DNA of 64,000 nt, from assembly GCF_009914755.1 (NCBI RefSeq), contig NC_060945.1. One strand, written 5' to 3'. Each line of letters opens with the position of its first letter. Within the stretch, counting starts at the first letter, position 1. Positions 41,446-57,390 of the stretch are shown here, in pieces. A program made the position numbers and the translations under genes. The DNA is from the human T2T-CHM13v2.0 reference genome, Homo sapiens. Under the pieces are notes generated by a model. The model did no database searches. It was not told the origin of the DNA and was given only the letters and a program-made list of their open reading frames with translations.

Positions 41446-44242
41446 AACTTTTACTTTAGATGCAGGGAGTACATTTGCAGATTTGTTACATGAGCATATT
41501 GTGTGTGAGATTTGTGGTCTGGATGATCCTCTCACTCAGGTAGTGAACATAGCACCCATTAGGTAGTTTTTCAACCTTTACTCCCCTTTCTTCTTCTCCT
41601 TTCTAGTCGTCCCCAGTGTATGTTGTTGACATCTTTGCATCCATGAGTACCAAATGTTTATCTCCTACTTCTAAGTGAGAACATTTGTCTGTCACTGCGT
41701 TAATTCCTTTAGGATTATGGCCTCCAGCTACATTCATGTTGCTGCAAAAGACATAATTTCATTATTTTTTATAGCTGCCTAATATTCCATTATGTATATG
41801 TACCACATTTTCTTTATCCAATCCACTCAAGTTGATGAACACCTAGGCTGATTCCATGTCTTTGCTACTGTGAATAGTGTTGCAATGAGCATAGAAGTCT
41901 GTGTCTTTTTGGTAGAACCATTCATTTTCCTGTGTGTATATCCCCACTAGTGGGATTGCTGGGTCAAATGGTAGCTCTGTTTTAAGTTTTTTGAGAAAAT
42001 TCCAAACTGCTTTTCACAGTGGCTGAACTAATTTCCGTTCCTACCAACAGTATGTAGGTATCATCTTTTCTCTGCAGTCTCACAGGCCTCTGCATTTTTT
42101 GACATTTTAGTAACAGTCACTCTGACTGGTGGGAAATGGTATCTCCTTGCAATTTTGATTTGCATTTTACTGATGATTAATGATGTTGAACATTTTTTCA
42201 TATGTTTACTGGCCATGTGTATGCCATCTTTTGAGAAGTGTCTGTTCATGGCCTTTGCCCACTTTTTAATGGGGTTATTTGTTTTTTGTGTGTTTAATTG
42301 TTTAAGTTCCTTATAGATTCTGGATGTTAGACTTTTGTTGGATGCATAGGTTGTGAATATTTTCTCCCATTCCATGGGTTGTTTACTCTGTTGATAATTT
42401 CTTTTGCTGTGCAGAAGCACTTAATTAGGTCCCACTTGTCAATTTTTGGTTCTGTTGTCATTGCTCTTGAGGACAGTCATTACGACTTTTCCAAGGCCAA
42501 TGTTCTCAATGATATTTCCTACACTTTCTTCTGGGATTTTTATAGTTTGAGATTTTTCATTTAAATCTTTATATCTTTAACGCATTTTGAGTTATTTATT
42601 TAATGTGCTGAAAGGTAAAGATCTAGTTTCACTCTTCTGCTTGCTAGTTATTCCAGCACCATTTATTGAACTGGGGTTCTTTTCCTATTGCTTATTTTTG
42701 TCATCTTTTTCAAAAACCAGATGGTTCTGGGTGTCTGGCTTTATTTCTGAATTCTCTATTCTATTTCATTGGTCTATGTGTCTGTTTCTGTAACAGTAGT
42801 ATGCTGTTTTGATTACTGTAGCTTTATAGTATAGTTTGAAGTAGGCTAATGTGATGCCTCTGTCTTTGTTCTTTTTACTTAGGATTGCTTTGGCAATCTG
42901 GGCTCTTCTAATTCTGTGAAAAATTACGTTGGTAATTTGATAGAAACAACATTGGACCTGTAGAGTGCTTTGGTCAGTATGGTCACTAACAATATTGATT
43001 CTTTCAATCCATGAGCATGGGATATTTTTCCATTTGTTTGTGTCATCTATAATTTCTTTTAGCCATGTTTTGTAATTATCCTTGTAGAGATCTTTCACCT
43101 TCTTGGTTACATGTATTCCTAGGTATTTTGTGTGTGTAGCTGTTGTATATGTGATTGTGTTCTTGATTTCACTCTCAGCTTGAATGTTTCTGGTGTGTAG
43201 AAATGTTATGATTTTTGTACTCTTATTTTGTATCCTAAAACTTTACTCAAGTTGTTTATCAGTTCTAGGATTTTTTTTGGTAGAATCTATAGGATTTTCT
43301 AGGTATAGAATCATACTTTCAGTGAAGAAAGATAATTTGACTTCTTTTCTTATTTGGATGCCTTTTATTTCTTTCTCTTGCCTGACTGCTCTGACTAGGA
43401 CTTCCCATAGAATGTTGAATACCAGTGGTGAGAGTGGGCTTTCTTGTCTTATTTCTATTCTCAAAGGTAATGTTTCCAGCTTTTGCTCACTCAATATAAT
43501 GTTGGCTATAGATTTATCTTATATGGCTCTTATTGTTTTAGGTAAATTCCTTCAATGCCTAGTTTGTTGAGGTTTTTATCATGAAGGGATGTTCAGTTGT
43601 ATCAAAAGATTTTTTCTGCATCTATTGAGATGCTCACATGGTTTTTATTTTAAATTCTGTTTGCATGATGAATTACATTTATTGATTTTCACATGTTAAA
43701 TCAATTTTTCATCTCAAGAATAAAGCCTACCTGATTACAGCAAATTAACTTTTTGATATGCTGCTGGAATAGGTTTGCCTGTACTTTGTTCAGGATTTTT
43801 GCATCTATATTCAACAGGGATTTTGTCCAGTAGTTTTTTTGTGTGTCTTTGCCAGATTTTGGTATAATATTGAAGCTGCCTTTGTAGAATGATTTAGGGA
43901 GAAGTGCTTTCTTCTCAATTGTCGGGAATAGTTTCTGCAGAATTGGTACTAGCTTTTCTTTGTATGCCTAGAATAATTCAGCTATGGATCCATCTGGTAA
44001 AGGGCTTTTTTTCATTGGTAGGTTTTTTTTTTTTACTGATACAATTTTGGAACTTGATAATAATCTATTTAGGGTTTAAATTTCTTTTTGATTCAATCTT
44101 GGAAGTTTGTGTTTCCAGGAATTTATCCATCTTCTCTAGATTTTCTAGTTTGTGTGCTTAGAGGTGTTCATAATAGTCTCTGAGGATCTTTTCTATTTCT
44201 GTGGGATTGGTTGTAATATCACTGTTGTCATTTTTGATTGCA
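41446..44242 (-). mobile_element. L1PA15/16- or L1PB-like 5'-truncated element, about 2.8 kb
   Basis: Minus-strand ORFs match ORF2p ([30 protein letters not shown]; [28 protein letters not shown]); 3'UTR at the left end. Confidence 0.92.
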
Positions 44243-45119
44243 CAAATTTTTATATCTTATATATGCTATAATATATGCTTAAAAATCATATTTAAAGTAA
44301 TGAGATAAAGACAATGATTTTAAATATTGTGTATAAGCATAAACACTTGATTTGAAATACTTCATTAATTTTTGAAATTCCTTTATAATCCAGTGATTTG
44401 AACTTTTTTAAAGCTGTAGGAACTGGGGAAAAACCAAGCAAACACAGAGATCCAAGTGGAAGAACCTCCTCCTTGTCCGTGCTTATGGAATCATACTAAT
44501 TTATTTACCAATTTTACCTACTGGCTTTACAAATGATTTTGTTGAACTTATGCAATTAAATGTCAACATTCTCTAAAGTCAACTGTATGTTGTTGGGGAA
44601 AAAGAAGAAAAAAACAAAAATTCTTTTTAAAGAATTTTTATTATACTAAAAGTTTCAAACATTAAAATTTTAAGTTATAAGATTTTTATATTTAACTCAC
44701 TGTAGTGTTTATGGCAACTAAACAGTACAACTAGAAAAATATTTTTAAACGGAAGTTTATATCTATAGCATGAGTTTCTTTCAAGAAGAAAGTTATGTTC
44801 TTAATTATTGTTAAGATGTTGGCTTTGCTTTGAGTGGTGCTTCTGTATGTGTATTTCTGTGTGCCTGAAAGTTGGGTATGTGTATGTGTGATTTAATATA
44901 TGCAGCATAGCAAAATACTATTGACTCTTTTTTATAGAAGTGCCTACAAAATCAAAATAATTGGATTTTTCTTTTTATAATACATTTTAAAAATTGCCTA
45001 ATTTCATTTGATATCTAAAAATTTCTTACCACAGAATAATTACTGTGTGATATGAAATAGCTTATACTCATATTTATTCTTTATATTATCTTTTAAAGTG
45101 TCTCCTACATAAAACCTTA

Positions 45120-45410
45120 ATTTTTAATTTTTAAAATTGTTTGTGGGTTCATAGTATTTATTTATGGGGTATACTGGATATTTTGATGCAGGCATACAAT
45201 GTGTAATAATCACATCAGGGTAAATGGGTATTAATCACTTCAGACATTTATTTTTTGTGTTATAAACAATCCAAATGTATAATTAAATTACTCTTAATAT
45301 TAACCATATCATCCTGTTGTGCTATCAAATACTAGATCTTATTTATTCTTCTAACTATTTTTTGTATCTATTAACCACCCCACCTATCCCCTTCCACTAT
45401 CTCACAGTCT
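45120..45410 (-). mobile_element. L1MA 3' end
   Basis: 'tatttatggggtatactggatattttgatgcaggcatacaatgtgtaataatcacatcagggtaaatggg'. Confidence 0.85.
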
Positions 45411-46944
45411 GGAAAGGGTAAAAATCTTATATTTAAAAACATAAGAACACATCTATTCCACAGTGCAGAAATAAAAATGCATTGCAGTATGAAGGAAGCT
45501 CATTAACACATGAAGGTGTCAATTATAACCCTTGCGCTGTGATTTTCCCTGTGTTTCCTCCAGAAGCCTAAATCTAGGCCATGTGACCCTCTGGCATCTG
45601 TAATGAGTGAAAGTGGTAGTGTCAATCCTTATTCTGAACATTAGTAAATATTAATGCTTCAACTTTTCCTTTTAGGCAAAAAATACACATGAAAGTCTAA
45701 GTTTTTTCTCACACCATTGACTTCTCTGCATATAATTTCTCCTTTTGGGGATGACTACATGGATACAGTAAACTATTACCTATAGGACTGTTTTAAAAAT
45801 CACATTGGGCTTTTAAAATATTTTCATAATTAAACATTTCATAAGTACATATTTTTTCATAAGTAGATATTTTCATAATCATATGGAAATATATACATCA
45901 ATGTTGAGGATCAAAATTGTATCCTTTGGGCTATATAAATAGGACTTCTGGTTTGAGACTAATTATGTGACAGAGGTTTTGGCAGGATACTTTAATCTTT
46001 AGGTGACATATTGTTTCCAAGGTTCTATCTTTTGTAAGAAATACACATTTGTTACATCAGAAGCTATATTTCAGGAGCTGGGCGTTGTGTTGATTTGCTA
46101 AAGCAGATGACCAATATGAAATGGAATTGCTACAAATGATCCTGGTGAAAGGATAATCAAGTGTTATTCCCCAGTTCCCACTGTTTTCTGTCCAGATAAA
46201 ACATATATGTCAAATGGAGATTTATAGATATTTTCACCTTTCTTACATTTTTGATAGTGGAATAATCGCTTATGTGGGACATAGGTTTATCTTCCCCAAA
46301 ATACTATTGGACTTACTGAGTGTCTCTTTGGCAATCATGATGGCCCATACAGTGTTGCTTTATACCATGAAAATTGCCTTCTAGCAAAATTGATTCTCAC
46401 AGAATTAATTGATATCATCATATCCTCTATCACTCTGGTATAGATGACCTTATAAAATAATACGTTTGAATACTGAAGACAATTCCAGCACCAGCTAGAA
46501 GACACCTTGTAAGTGTGGATGTGATATATGCACTGAACCATGAAGTACAATTGTAAGGAGAGTGTTAATACATCTTTCTGTATTGAAAAAAATAACTGCA
46601 GACTTAGGCAGGATTTATATCTTATTATAAAATCTCTGGACATGGAAGAATTTCAGTTCCCTAAGTTAGCAGCTGTATCAGGTAATAAATTATTTACAAA
46701 ATATTATCAACTAACTTTAGATAGCACAACTGTTCCATTGATAGGTACATGTATTTTTATTTTTAATAAGATAGAAGTTTACCTGTCTCACACAGAATAT
46801 AAATCTATTAGTTTATGCATATCCCCATATTCCATCTACTGTTATTTGATACTTAGTACTTCACAACACTGTCTTAGATGGCTCCAACCATCTCATTCAC
46901 ATTAGCAGCGGGAAAGGGGAAGAGGTGAATAAAGATGTGGCCTA

Positions 46945-47960
46945 TCTTTTATTTTTATGTCAGCCTTTTTATAACAAAGATAAGTGATGTACAGAAAAGT
47001 GCACACATTTACGTGTACAACTTGATGATTTCTTACAAAAAATGCACGTAACTATTTCCCAGATTATTAAAATATTAATAGCAACTGTCTTTTTCCAGTG
47101 CTATAACAGAATATCACAGGTTGGGTAATTTATAAACAACAGAAGTGTGTTTCTCACCGTTCTGAAGACTGGGAAGTCCAAGATCAAGGCATCGGCTTTC
47201 CAGCTGGTGAAGGTCTTCTTGCTTCATTCTCACATGGCAGAAAGTAGAGAGGCAAGAAGGTCTAAACGGCTCCTGCACACTCATTTTATAAAGATATTAA
47301 TTCCATTCAACAGGACAGCGCTCTCATGGTCTAATCTCTTCCCCAAATATCCCACCTCTTAAGACTACCATAATGAGGATTACATTCCGATGTGAATTTT
47401 GAGAAGGACACAAACATCTAAACCATAGCAGCAACCAAGAAGCTTTGTTTATGCCTTCCCCATACTAATCAAAAAAACCAAAAACAATAAAAAAACCAAA
47501 CCCACAACTTCTAAATTTCCAGGATCAAAAAAACAAATCCACAAACTTCTAAATTTATTCTAACAATATAGATTAGTTAGTATCTGGCTCATTTAAATCA
47601 AAGTTTTCAATGTTTACCAAAACCTTGCATGTAGAAGCAGTATGTTCATTTATTTGATGTTTAATATACATTGCTTTAATATACTAGCTTATATAATTAT
47701 TACAATTTTGATAAATTGGATATCTGAGATTTTTCAGATTTCAATGATTATAATTAATGGTGGTATAAATACTTTTGTTTATATCTTCTTTCAGAGATAT
47801 TTATTTCTTTTCAGTGTACACTTAGAAGTCAAATAGCTGTGTCATGGAAGATGTGTATGCTTCATGGGAATAGATATTGCCAAAGCCTCTTTTAAAGGAG
47901 TTGTACCAATTTACATTCCTACCAACAGTACATGAGAGTTTCAGTTTCTCCAAGTCCTCA
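46945..47960 (-). mobile_element. L1MD/ME-type 3' region split by an MST LTR
   Basis: 'cagaaaagtgcacacatt...tacaacttgatgattt' and 'gttgtaccaatttacattcctaccaacagtacatgagagtttcagtt'. Confidence 0.65.
47086..47430 (-). mobile_element. MST-type MaLR LTR
   Basis: TG...CA ends, a perfect TSD gcaac, and 'ctgggaagtccaagatcaaggc'. Confidence 0.88.
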
Positions 47961-47964
47961 GAGA

Positions 47965-49120
<1,156 letters not shown>

Positions 49121-49121
49121 A

Positions 49122-49233
49122 GGCTGGGTGCTGTGTTTCATGCCTGTAATCCCAGCACTTTGGAAACCCGAGGAAGGCGGATCATTTGAGGTCAGGAGTT
49201 TGAGACTAGCCTGGCCAACATGGTGAAACCTCA
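49122..49233 (+). mobile_element. AluS left arm only, truncated
   Basis: Alu 5' end up to 'gaaacctc', then an abrupt switch to TA-rich sequence. Confidence 0.85.
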
Positions 49234-49375
49234 TATTTTTTTATGTGTATTTATTTATATTTATTTTATTATAAGTTTATATATATTTTTATATATGTTT
49301 ATATATATTTTATATATTTATATATACGTATATATATACGTATATATATATATATATATATACACATATATATAA
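49234..49375. repeat. (TA)n-rich low-complexity tract
   Basis: About 140 bp of interrupted TA repeats. Confidence 0.9.
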
Positions 49376-49523
49376 ATGTGAACAGCCACTAGCTGTTCAC
49401 ATTTTCATCAGCTAAGCACCGGATAAGTGAAGAAGTCTTCAAAATGACTGTAACCACAGCTGCTTTCTGATTTTAGCCTCAAGAGGGACCTCATGAAACT
49501 CTCAGCCAGAAAATCCCACTTGA

Positions 49524-49817
<294 letters not shown>

Positions 49818-52133
49818 TGAGGTAGAAAATGTTTGTATCATCAAAAAAGACATGCACCATATACGTGTGCAGATGATTATGATGAGAAGAATGTGGGGTC
49901 TATTACCAGTTATATATGAATTCAAGGGTATCATAAGAACTCTGAACTACCAAGTGTGGTTAAAAAAAAGAGAAACAACTGGTCTATTGCCTGCCTATGA
50001 TATAAGCAGAGTCTCTCCTGTAGTCAAGGAGAAATCATGATTAAGATTTGCAGCTCTATGGAATCAGAATCAAGGCAAGGGCAGCTTTTACACTCTGATG
50101 GAAGACTAATTCATGTCTGAAGTTTGTGGCATAGTTAATTTTTTACTGCTCTTGCTAGGGTGAATGATATGATACTGTAAGTCTTCTGCACATTTATCAC
50201 ATGGAATCTTTCCTTTAGAAGTGTAAAAAACATACAGAATTCAATACTTGAACATACATATTAAAATATATAAATACACATTAAAATATGTAAATACATG
50301 TATTTTTTAATATTCATACTAAAAATTAGGCAACTAATAGTAACAATTTAAAACCCTACTATTTGAATGAAAAACTATCGTAGCAATATTTTAAGTTACC
50401 AGAGAAGTTATTCAAGGTGGTAAGAAGCTCCCTTCAATGGCTATTTGGATAACCTATCAGATTTGTTTTAAACAGCAACAGAAACCCAGTGGATGGAGTC
50501 ACAGGGAGACTGATTTCAAAGATAAGTTTAAATATACATGAAAATGTGAATATGTAACTATGATGAGGACATGCACACATATACACATATGTAGACAAAC
50601 CACACATAATATGTACTGTATATTTATCTGTGTACTTCAGAGCTATTAAAGAAATAGAATGGGATTGTTTAAGAGAAAGCAAGATCTGGCTTAATGGAGA
50701 GTGTTAGATCTGCCTTTTCATCCAAAGATTTGGTTACTCAAGCTGGATCCAGTGAGTGAATCCGCAGTATCACTGTATTCCATTGATGAACTATGGGCTT
50801 AAGGAAATCCATATGTGTAGTTACTCAGACACTTATAAAGGACAAATGTTTACAAGTGTATATTTATGGTCTAGAATCCTCCGCACAAAGCAATATTTTT
50901 ATTTGTTCCTTCTGCACTGTTTTGTCTATCTACCCTCCTCATCTAGCACTTCAGTTAGTTGCCTTTTTCATCATCCTGGGGAATTCTCTTGTGTAAATAC
51001 TCATAACCTGAAGGGAACTCACCCCAAAGAAGTGTCAAAATGCTTATGTGCACTGTGACTATCTTCACCTGCTTAGGGATTGGCTAAAGCTTGAGTTTGC
51101 TATGATGATCTGCTATAAAAATGCTCCCCATAGAGCAACCAACCTGTGAAAGATTACTCAGCCTGCAGATTGCACAAGCTCTCTCATACCAAACACAGTA
51201 TCTCTACTGAGCTAAGCAGCAACAAATATAGCATCTGACATTTACTTACTTAAATCTTAAACATATGCCCACAGGGAGTTTCAAGTAGACACTGAATGAA
51301 TACCTCGTGGTGGAGGTAGAGAAATGTAAAATATCGGATAAATGATGCTTTCACATCTGGATTCTGTGAAGTTCAGTGATTTAATCCATTCTTTGACCTC
51401 AGCTTCAGCACAGTGATTTCTGAATCCAATCCTCTTTCTGTTACACTTTAAACTCTAGGAGTCATTGTTCCCAATTTGTCCACCTATATTGGGAGAAACC
51501 AGTTTGGCTGGAGAAAATACAGCTATCATGATTCCACTTTTTAATTCAAACTGTTACAAATGTAAAACCTGTTAGGATTAAAAGAACACAATCAATCTGT
51601 AAGAAGTGGTGGGTATTTCATCAAATATTAAAAGGTCAAATAGTACTAAGCAATATTCCTACATTAGGAAAATTACTTAAGAAAATTCAATCTACTGGGA
51701 ACTCTTATCTTTGAAATGTTATAAAGGTCATAGAACGAATGATTTAAAAGTATGGCAAACAAATAGTTGTTTATAATTTACTTATCTTGCTGTCTTTTTT
51801 TTAGCGTATGTCACTCCTTTATAAACTACTCTCACTGCAATGAATCACATCTCAAAGATAATTAATAAACTTTTATTTACAAAATATAAAATTATCTTTA
51901 ATTTTCATACAGTGTGGTCTCTGAAATATTTGAAACTATTCGTATCACTTCTTTGAAACCCTTATATATTTGCTTTCTATGACATATGCTCAGTGATTAT
52001 CTTTTTGATCTCTGAAATGTACCTCAATCTATTTGCAGCTTGGAAATACAGCTCCAGAAACCAAGTGGCATGAGCTCTATAATTTATTCACACAGAACTT
52101 CTCACTATGTCCCCTTAAAAAATATGAACTTTT

Positions 52134-52433
<300 letters not shown>

Positions 52434-53019
52434 TAAACGAACTTTTGTAAAGTTGCTGATTTCATGGAAATATATTCTTCTTCCTCCCCATACCTTTACA
52501 CCTTTGATTACTGTGTTTACCAAATTCGTAGCCATTTTTCAAGATTTAGTTGATAATTTTCTTTCTCTGTGAGGCCTTTTACTCAAAATGTAAGTCAAAT
52601 TCTACCAGAGAGCCTTATTCCCATGGCATAGCAAAGTCCTGGGCAGATAAGAGACATTCAATTTATGTAATAGATCAAACAAGGGCTTTAGATTCAGAAG
52701 TCCTGGATTTAAATTTTGGCTCTCTTGTGGGTTTGAAATCCTTCTCTGGAAGCCTTTGCTTCTTCATAGAAAACAGAGCTAATAACCACTTTTCTGTAAG
52801 AATTGCATGAGAAAACAGAGGAACATCACCTAGGACAATATCTGGTACTTAGTAGAAGTTCCGTAACCAGTTGCTACTACTGACACTATTATTATTATTT
52901 CTCTGCTCTCCCACCTTTTAAAAAATAATGATAAATAATTAAATATATAGAAATCTTGAAATGTCCTTTCTTTGTGAAGTTGTGTTACCAATCAAGATAA
53001 TCACATCTCTTTAGACACC

Positions 53020-53398
53020 TGATATGGTTTGGCTGTGTCCCCACCCAAAAATCTCATCTTGAATTGTAATCCCCATAATCCCCGCTTGTCAAGAGTGGGA
53101 ACAGGTGGAGGTACTTGGATCATGGGGGTGGTATCCCCCATGCTGTTCTCATGATAGTGAGTAAGTCTCATGAGAACTGATTCTTTTAAAGCATCCGGCA
53201 TTTACTCCGCTTGCACTCATTCTCTCTCCTGCCACCCTGTGGAGAAGGTGCCTGCTTCTCCTTTGCCTTCCTCCATGATTGTAAGTTTCCTGAGGACTCC
53301 CCAGCCATGTGAAACTGTGAGTCAATTAAACCTCTTTCCTTTATAAATCACCCAGTCTCATGTATTTCTTCATAGCAGTGTGAAAACAGACTAGTACA
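53020..53398 (+). mobile_element. THE1 (THE1D-like) solo LTR
   Basis: 'tgatatggtttggctgtgtccccaccc' to 'cagactagtaca'; TSD a(c/t)acc. Confidence 0.92.
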
Positions 53399-53679
53399 AT
53401 ACCCCTGAAATATACATGGCATTTGTTTTTCTCCTGCAATGTATTTAGTGGTTTATCTGTTTATTGAATTCTTCTCAAGTCAGAAACAATAAAAATATAG
53501 TAGCTTCTTCTTAAATCATATCAGTCCATCTTTCCAATGTTATACTATTTTCTCTCATGGATTCAAAACTAAACCTAACTGTAGTAACATGATGATTTAT
53601 ATAACACAATAAACAAAATAATTATTGTGATAAGTAGTCATAGAATGTTGATGTTTGCTTATAAATGTATCATTCACAT

Positions 53680-54024
53680 ACAGAAGGTCCACATGATTTT
53701 TTGACTTTATGATGATGTGAAGTGATAGGCATTTGGTGGAAACCGTATTCTGAGTAGCCATACAAACATTCTGTTTTTCACTTTCAGTACAATATTAATT
53801 ATATGAAACATTTAACAGTTTATTATAAGATGGGCTTTGTGTTAGATGATTTTGTCCAACAGTGTGGGCAAAATATAGGTATTCTGAGCACATTTTAGGT
53901 AGCTTAGCCTCAGCTATGATGTTCAGCAGGTTAAATGTATTAAATGTATTTTGACTTATAATACTTTCAACTTATAATGTGTTTACTGGAACGTAACTCC
54001 ATCATAAGTAGGAGAGCATCTGTA
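53680..54024 (-). mobile_element. MER47A
   Basis: 'ggctttgtgttagatgattttgtccaac', 'agctatgatgttcagcaggtta', ending 'taagtaggagagcatctgta'. Confidence 0.85.
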
Positions 54025-54563
54025 CTTTTCTACTTTTATCCTTCTCCCTCTTTGGGAGTTTGAAATATTTTTTAATTCACAAGAAAACCAATTAATTGTT
54101 AAAATCTAGTTGTTGAATTTCCACTAGTTCCTCCTCCAGGTATTTAGCAGGACACTTAAAATTAGTATGAGTTTTTCTTCCACAGTGGACACTAGTTATG
54201 CAAAAAAGAAATTGCATATTAGATAAATGTTGTTTAGCCTTGATGAGTGGATGGGTACATATATTTAGTCATATATGTTGGCTAACACTATGTAAGGGAA
54301 GAGATGTGATATTGGAGATTGTGTATTTCTTCGAAGGCTGTAACTGGATAAACAAAGGGGTCAGAGGAAAACCGGTGTAAGAAAAAAGCATTAAAAAGAA
54401 TGACGATTAAGCAGGTTTAGGAGGAAAGCAGATCCCTGTCTATGACTAAAGGAGGAGAGAGAAGCCAGCATATTGGCAAGTCTTCTGTCCTTCAGAACAC
54501 CTACACCTTATTTGTTTGGAGTAGTAGTGTTCAGCAATATTTATTTTCAAGATTGTAGGTCTG

Positions 54564-54927
54564 TGTATTAATCTGTTTTTATGTTGCTAATAAAGACATA
54601 CCTGAGACTGGATAATTTATAAAGGAAAGAGATTTAAGGGACTCACAGTTCCACATGGCTGGTGAAGCCTCACAGTCATAGCAGAAGGCAAAGGAGGAGC
54701 AAAGGCATGTTTTACATGGTGGCAGACAAGAGAGCATGTGCAGGGGAACTGCCTTTTATAAAACCATCAGATCTCATGAGACTTATTCACTATCATGAGA
54801 ACAGCACAGGAAAAACACACCCCCATGATTCAACTACCTCCCACCAGGTCCCTCCCATGAAACGTGGGGCTTATGGGAGCTACAATTCAACATGAGATTT
54901 GGGTGGGGACACAGCCAGACCATATCA
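54564..54927 (-). mobile_element. THE1 (B/C-like) solo LTR
   Basis: 'tgtattaatctg...aaagacatacctgagactgg' to 'gggacacagccagaccatatca'; TSD gtct(g/t). Confidence 0.92.
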
Positions 54928-57004
54928 GTCTTTAATGCTGCCTCTGCGGAAAAATCCCAATTTCTCTAATTTCTTTTATATATAAAATGTTTTGATCATG
55001 GACATCTCAGTGTGTTAAACACTCAGATGAAGACCATGAGGAAATCTGAGTTATCTTTGCAATTAGAATAACCTCCCAGATAATTAACATTAGTAAATAC
55101 TAAATTTCAATGCTTTATTTACCCCTCAAAGATTTGCTAAAAATATTTTATTTATCAACATTCAGTACAGTAACTCTATATATGAGCACCACAATTTTAT
55201 ACAGAAATAAGTCTTTGTATCTTGATGAATACTTAAGGCTTAGTAGTTAACAACATTTTTATCTACTGATGATACTAAGTGCTTTTGCAAGGTTAATGAA
55301 TTTTAATATGGAGGCCATTATGTTACTCTGTCTGCTTCTCACTGTCTGCTGCACTGAAAAAAAAATCCAATCTATTAAAACTCAGTGTGGAGCAAAGCCA
55401 TGAAGACCCACTAGTAATTGCTGGTTGATGACGTTGCACAGTAGTTGGTCCAAAAGAGATCTGGCCTTGCAGATCTGGCAGAGGAGTCTAGTAAAATGCC
55501 ACAAAAGTTATTGCAGAATATAAATCAGAAATTGAATAACAGTAGTCACCCCACTGATAGAACATTGAGGTTATGTTTACTCCAGTGGTAGCAACATGGT
55601 TATAGACCCACTGGCAGCATTCGTCTCAGGCAAATTAATTAGCTTAGTCTACTCCAAAGCCACTTAGCAAAGATTGCAAATCATTGGAGAAACCAATTAA
55701 ACCACAATAAGGAAGCCCATGCTGATCAGTTTGGCCATATATTATGGACTGCAGAATCTCCCAAGCATTCTCATTTTATGTGCATTCACATAATTATGAT
55801 CCTGGTCAGAATGGAAAAAGAGAAATTATTGAAACAATTGATTAAAATTTAAGTTTATATATGGGATGTTTGGATGTAATAAAATGCTAACAATTAGTCA
55901 TCTGAGTGAGAGAATGGTTTAAACTTTTCTTATAACTTTTGTATACATTTTAAATTATTTCAAAGTATGAATTATTTTAAAAAATTAAACTTCCAAAGAA
56001 TAAAAATGCATTATGAAATAAAAATAGTAATAATAAATAAATAACCTAACAGCCAAACCTACCATAATAATTTTATTTTCAATCAAGTCAACCTTAAAAT
56101 TAAAAAGTAAATAGGAAAATGATGGTATCTTTGTTTTTATTGTTGGTCAAATCACTCTCAGTGAATGTAATACTTACTGAACAGAAACACAAAAGGTAAT
56201 AATACATTACGGATATTTAAAAAGCAGGTCTTGATATAACTGTATTTTTTAGAAAGAGTCTATGTTTCCTATTTTAAGGGCGTGTACAATCAAGGCAGTG
56301 CATGGCACAAAATATTTTTTCTGTTTTAATATTGTTTGCACAGCTGCCCAGTACTTTAGAAAAAAATCAGATCAGGCATATTTTGAAGTAATTCATGGTC
56401 TTTGGGAGTGAAGTAGAACGTAGAACAGCCACAGAGATGACATCTTCAGTGCTATTTGCAGCCTGGATATACCCTCACATGCTCTCTTGTCCCAAAAGAC
56501 ATCCAAAGCAGGCCTGGATGGCTTCTGAATATTTGGTGTTTTCTCATATCATCACCTTCTAAATTCAGGCTCCTTATTAGAGGAAGACAAGCCTATCAGA
56601 ACAGATGTTCAGTTGAGTGGAAAGAACAGACTACGGACTGAATCAGTAAATCATTAAATGGATACTTTAAGAAAACAAATTCATTATTTTTGTTTTTATA
56701 TTACCCAGATTTTGACAAAATATATGCCTTTTTCATATCATGATCATTTTAATGAAGAGTTTTCTCTCACACAAACACTTACTAATGAATATAACAGGAT
56801 CTTTGTTTCTGCTGAATTCAGACAAAAATTGTACATTTTCAACCAAATTTCCTGAAAGAAATGTGAAAACATTTAGGCAACAGAAGTTGCCTGACATTGA
56901 TGCCTCACTCATTTGTGAAATGTCTTATTATTTAGTCTATCAATCAGGGCCATAGATTTTATTGGATTTAGCTACCTAATGTCTGCACCTCATTTCATTT
57001 TGGT

Positions 57005-57390
57005 AATTTATTTATTTATTTTTAAATGGGTAAATAAAAATTGTATATATTTATCAGGTACAACATGTTTTGAAATATGCATACATTGTGGAATCCCTAA
57101 ATCAAACTAATTGACATATATATTTTCTCACATACCATTTTGTGGGAACAGTTAAAATCTATTCTTTCAGCAGTTTTCAAGAATATATTGTTATTAGCTA
57201 TAATTCACTATATATTATCTCTGGAACTTGTTTCTCTTGCCTAACCCAAATTTTTTATTATTTGATTAACATCCTCCTAACACCATTCTCCTGCCCACCC
57301 CCAACGCTTGGTAACTACCATTCTAACTCTCTGCTTCTATGAGTTCCACATTTTTAGATTCTTCATGTAAGGGAGTTTATGCGTAGTGTT
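57005..57390 (-). mobile_element. L1MA 3' end
   Basis: 'aaataaaaattgtatatatttatcaggtacaacatg' ... 'ggtaactaccattctaactctctgcttctatgagttc'. Confidence 0.85.

Noticed and set aside
45540-45565. Polypyrimidine tract plus CAG resembling a 3' splice site
   Set aside because: Such motifs are frequent by chance, and I see no matching donor or other exon evidence.
55440-55590. Exon-like open frame (KRSGLADLAEESSKMPQKLL...)
   Set aside because: It is short, has no convincing splice signals and shows no recognisable homology.
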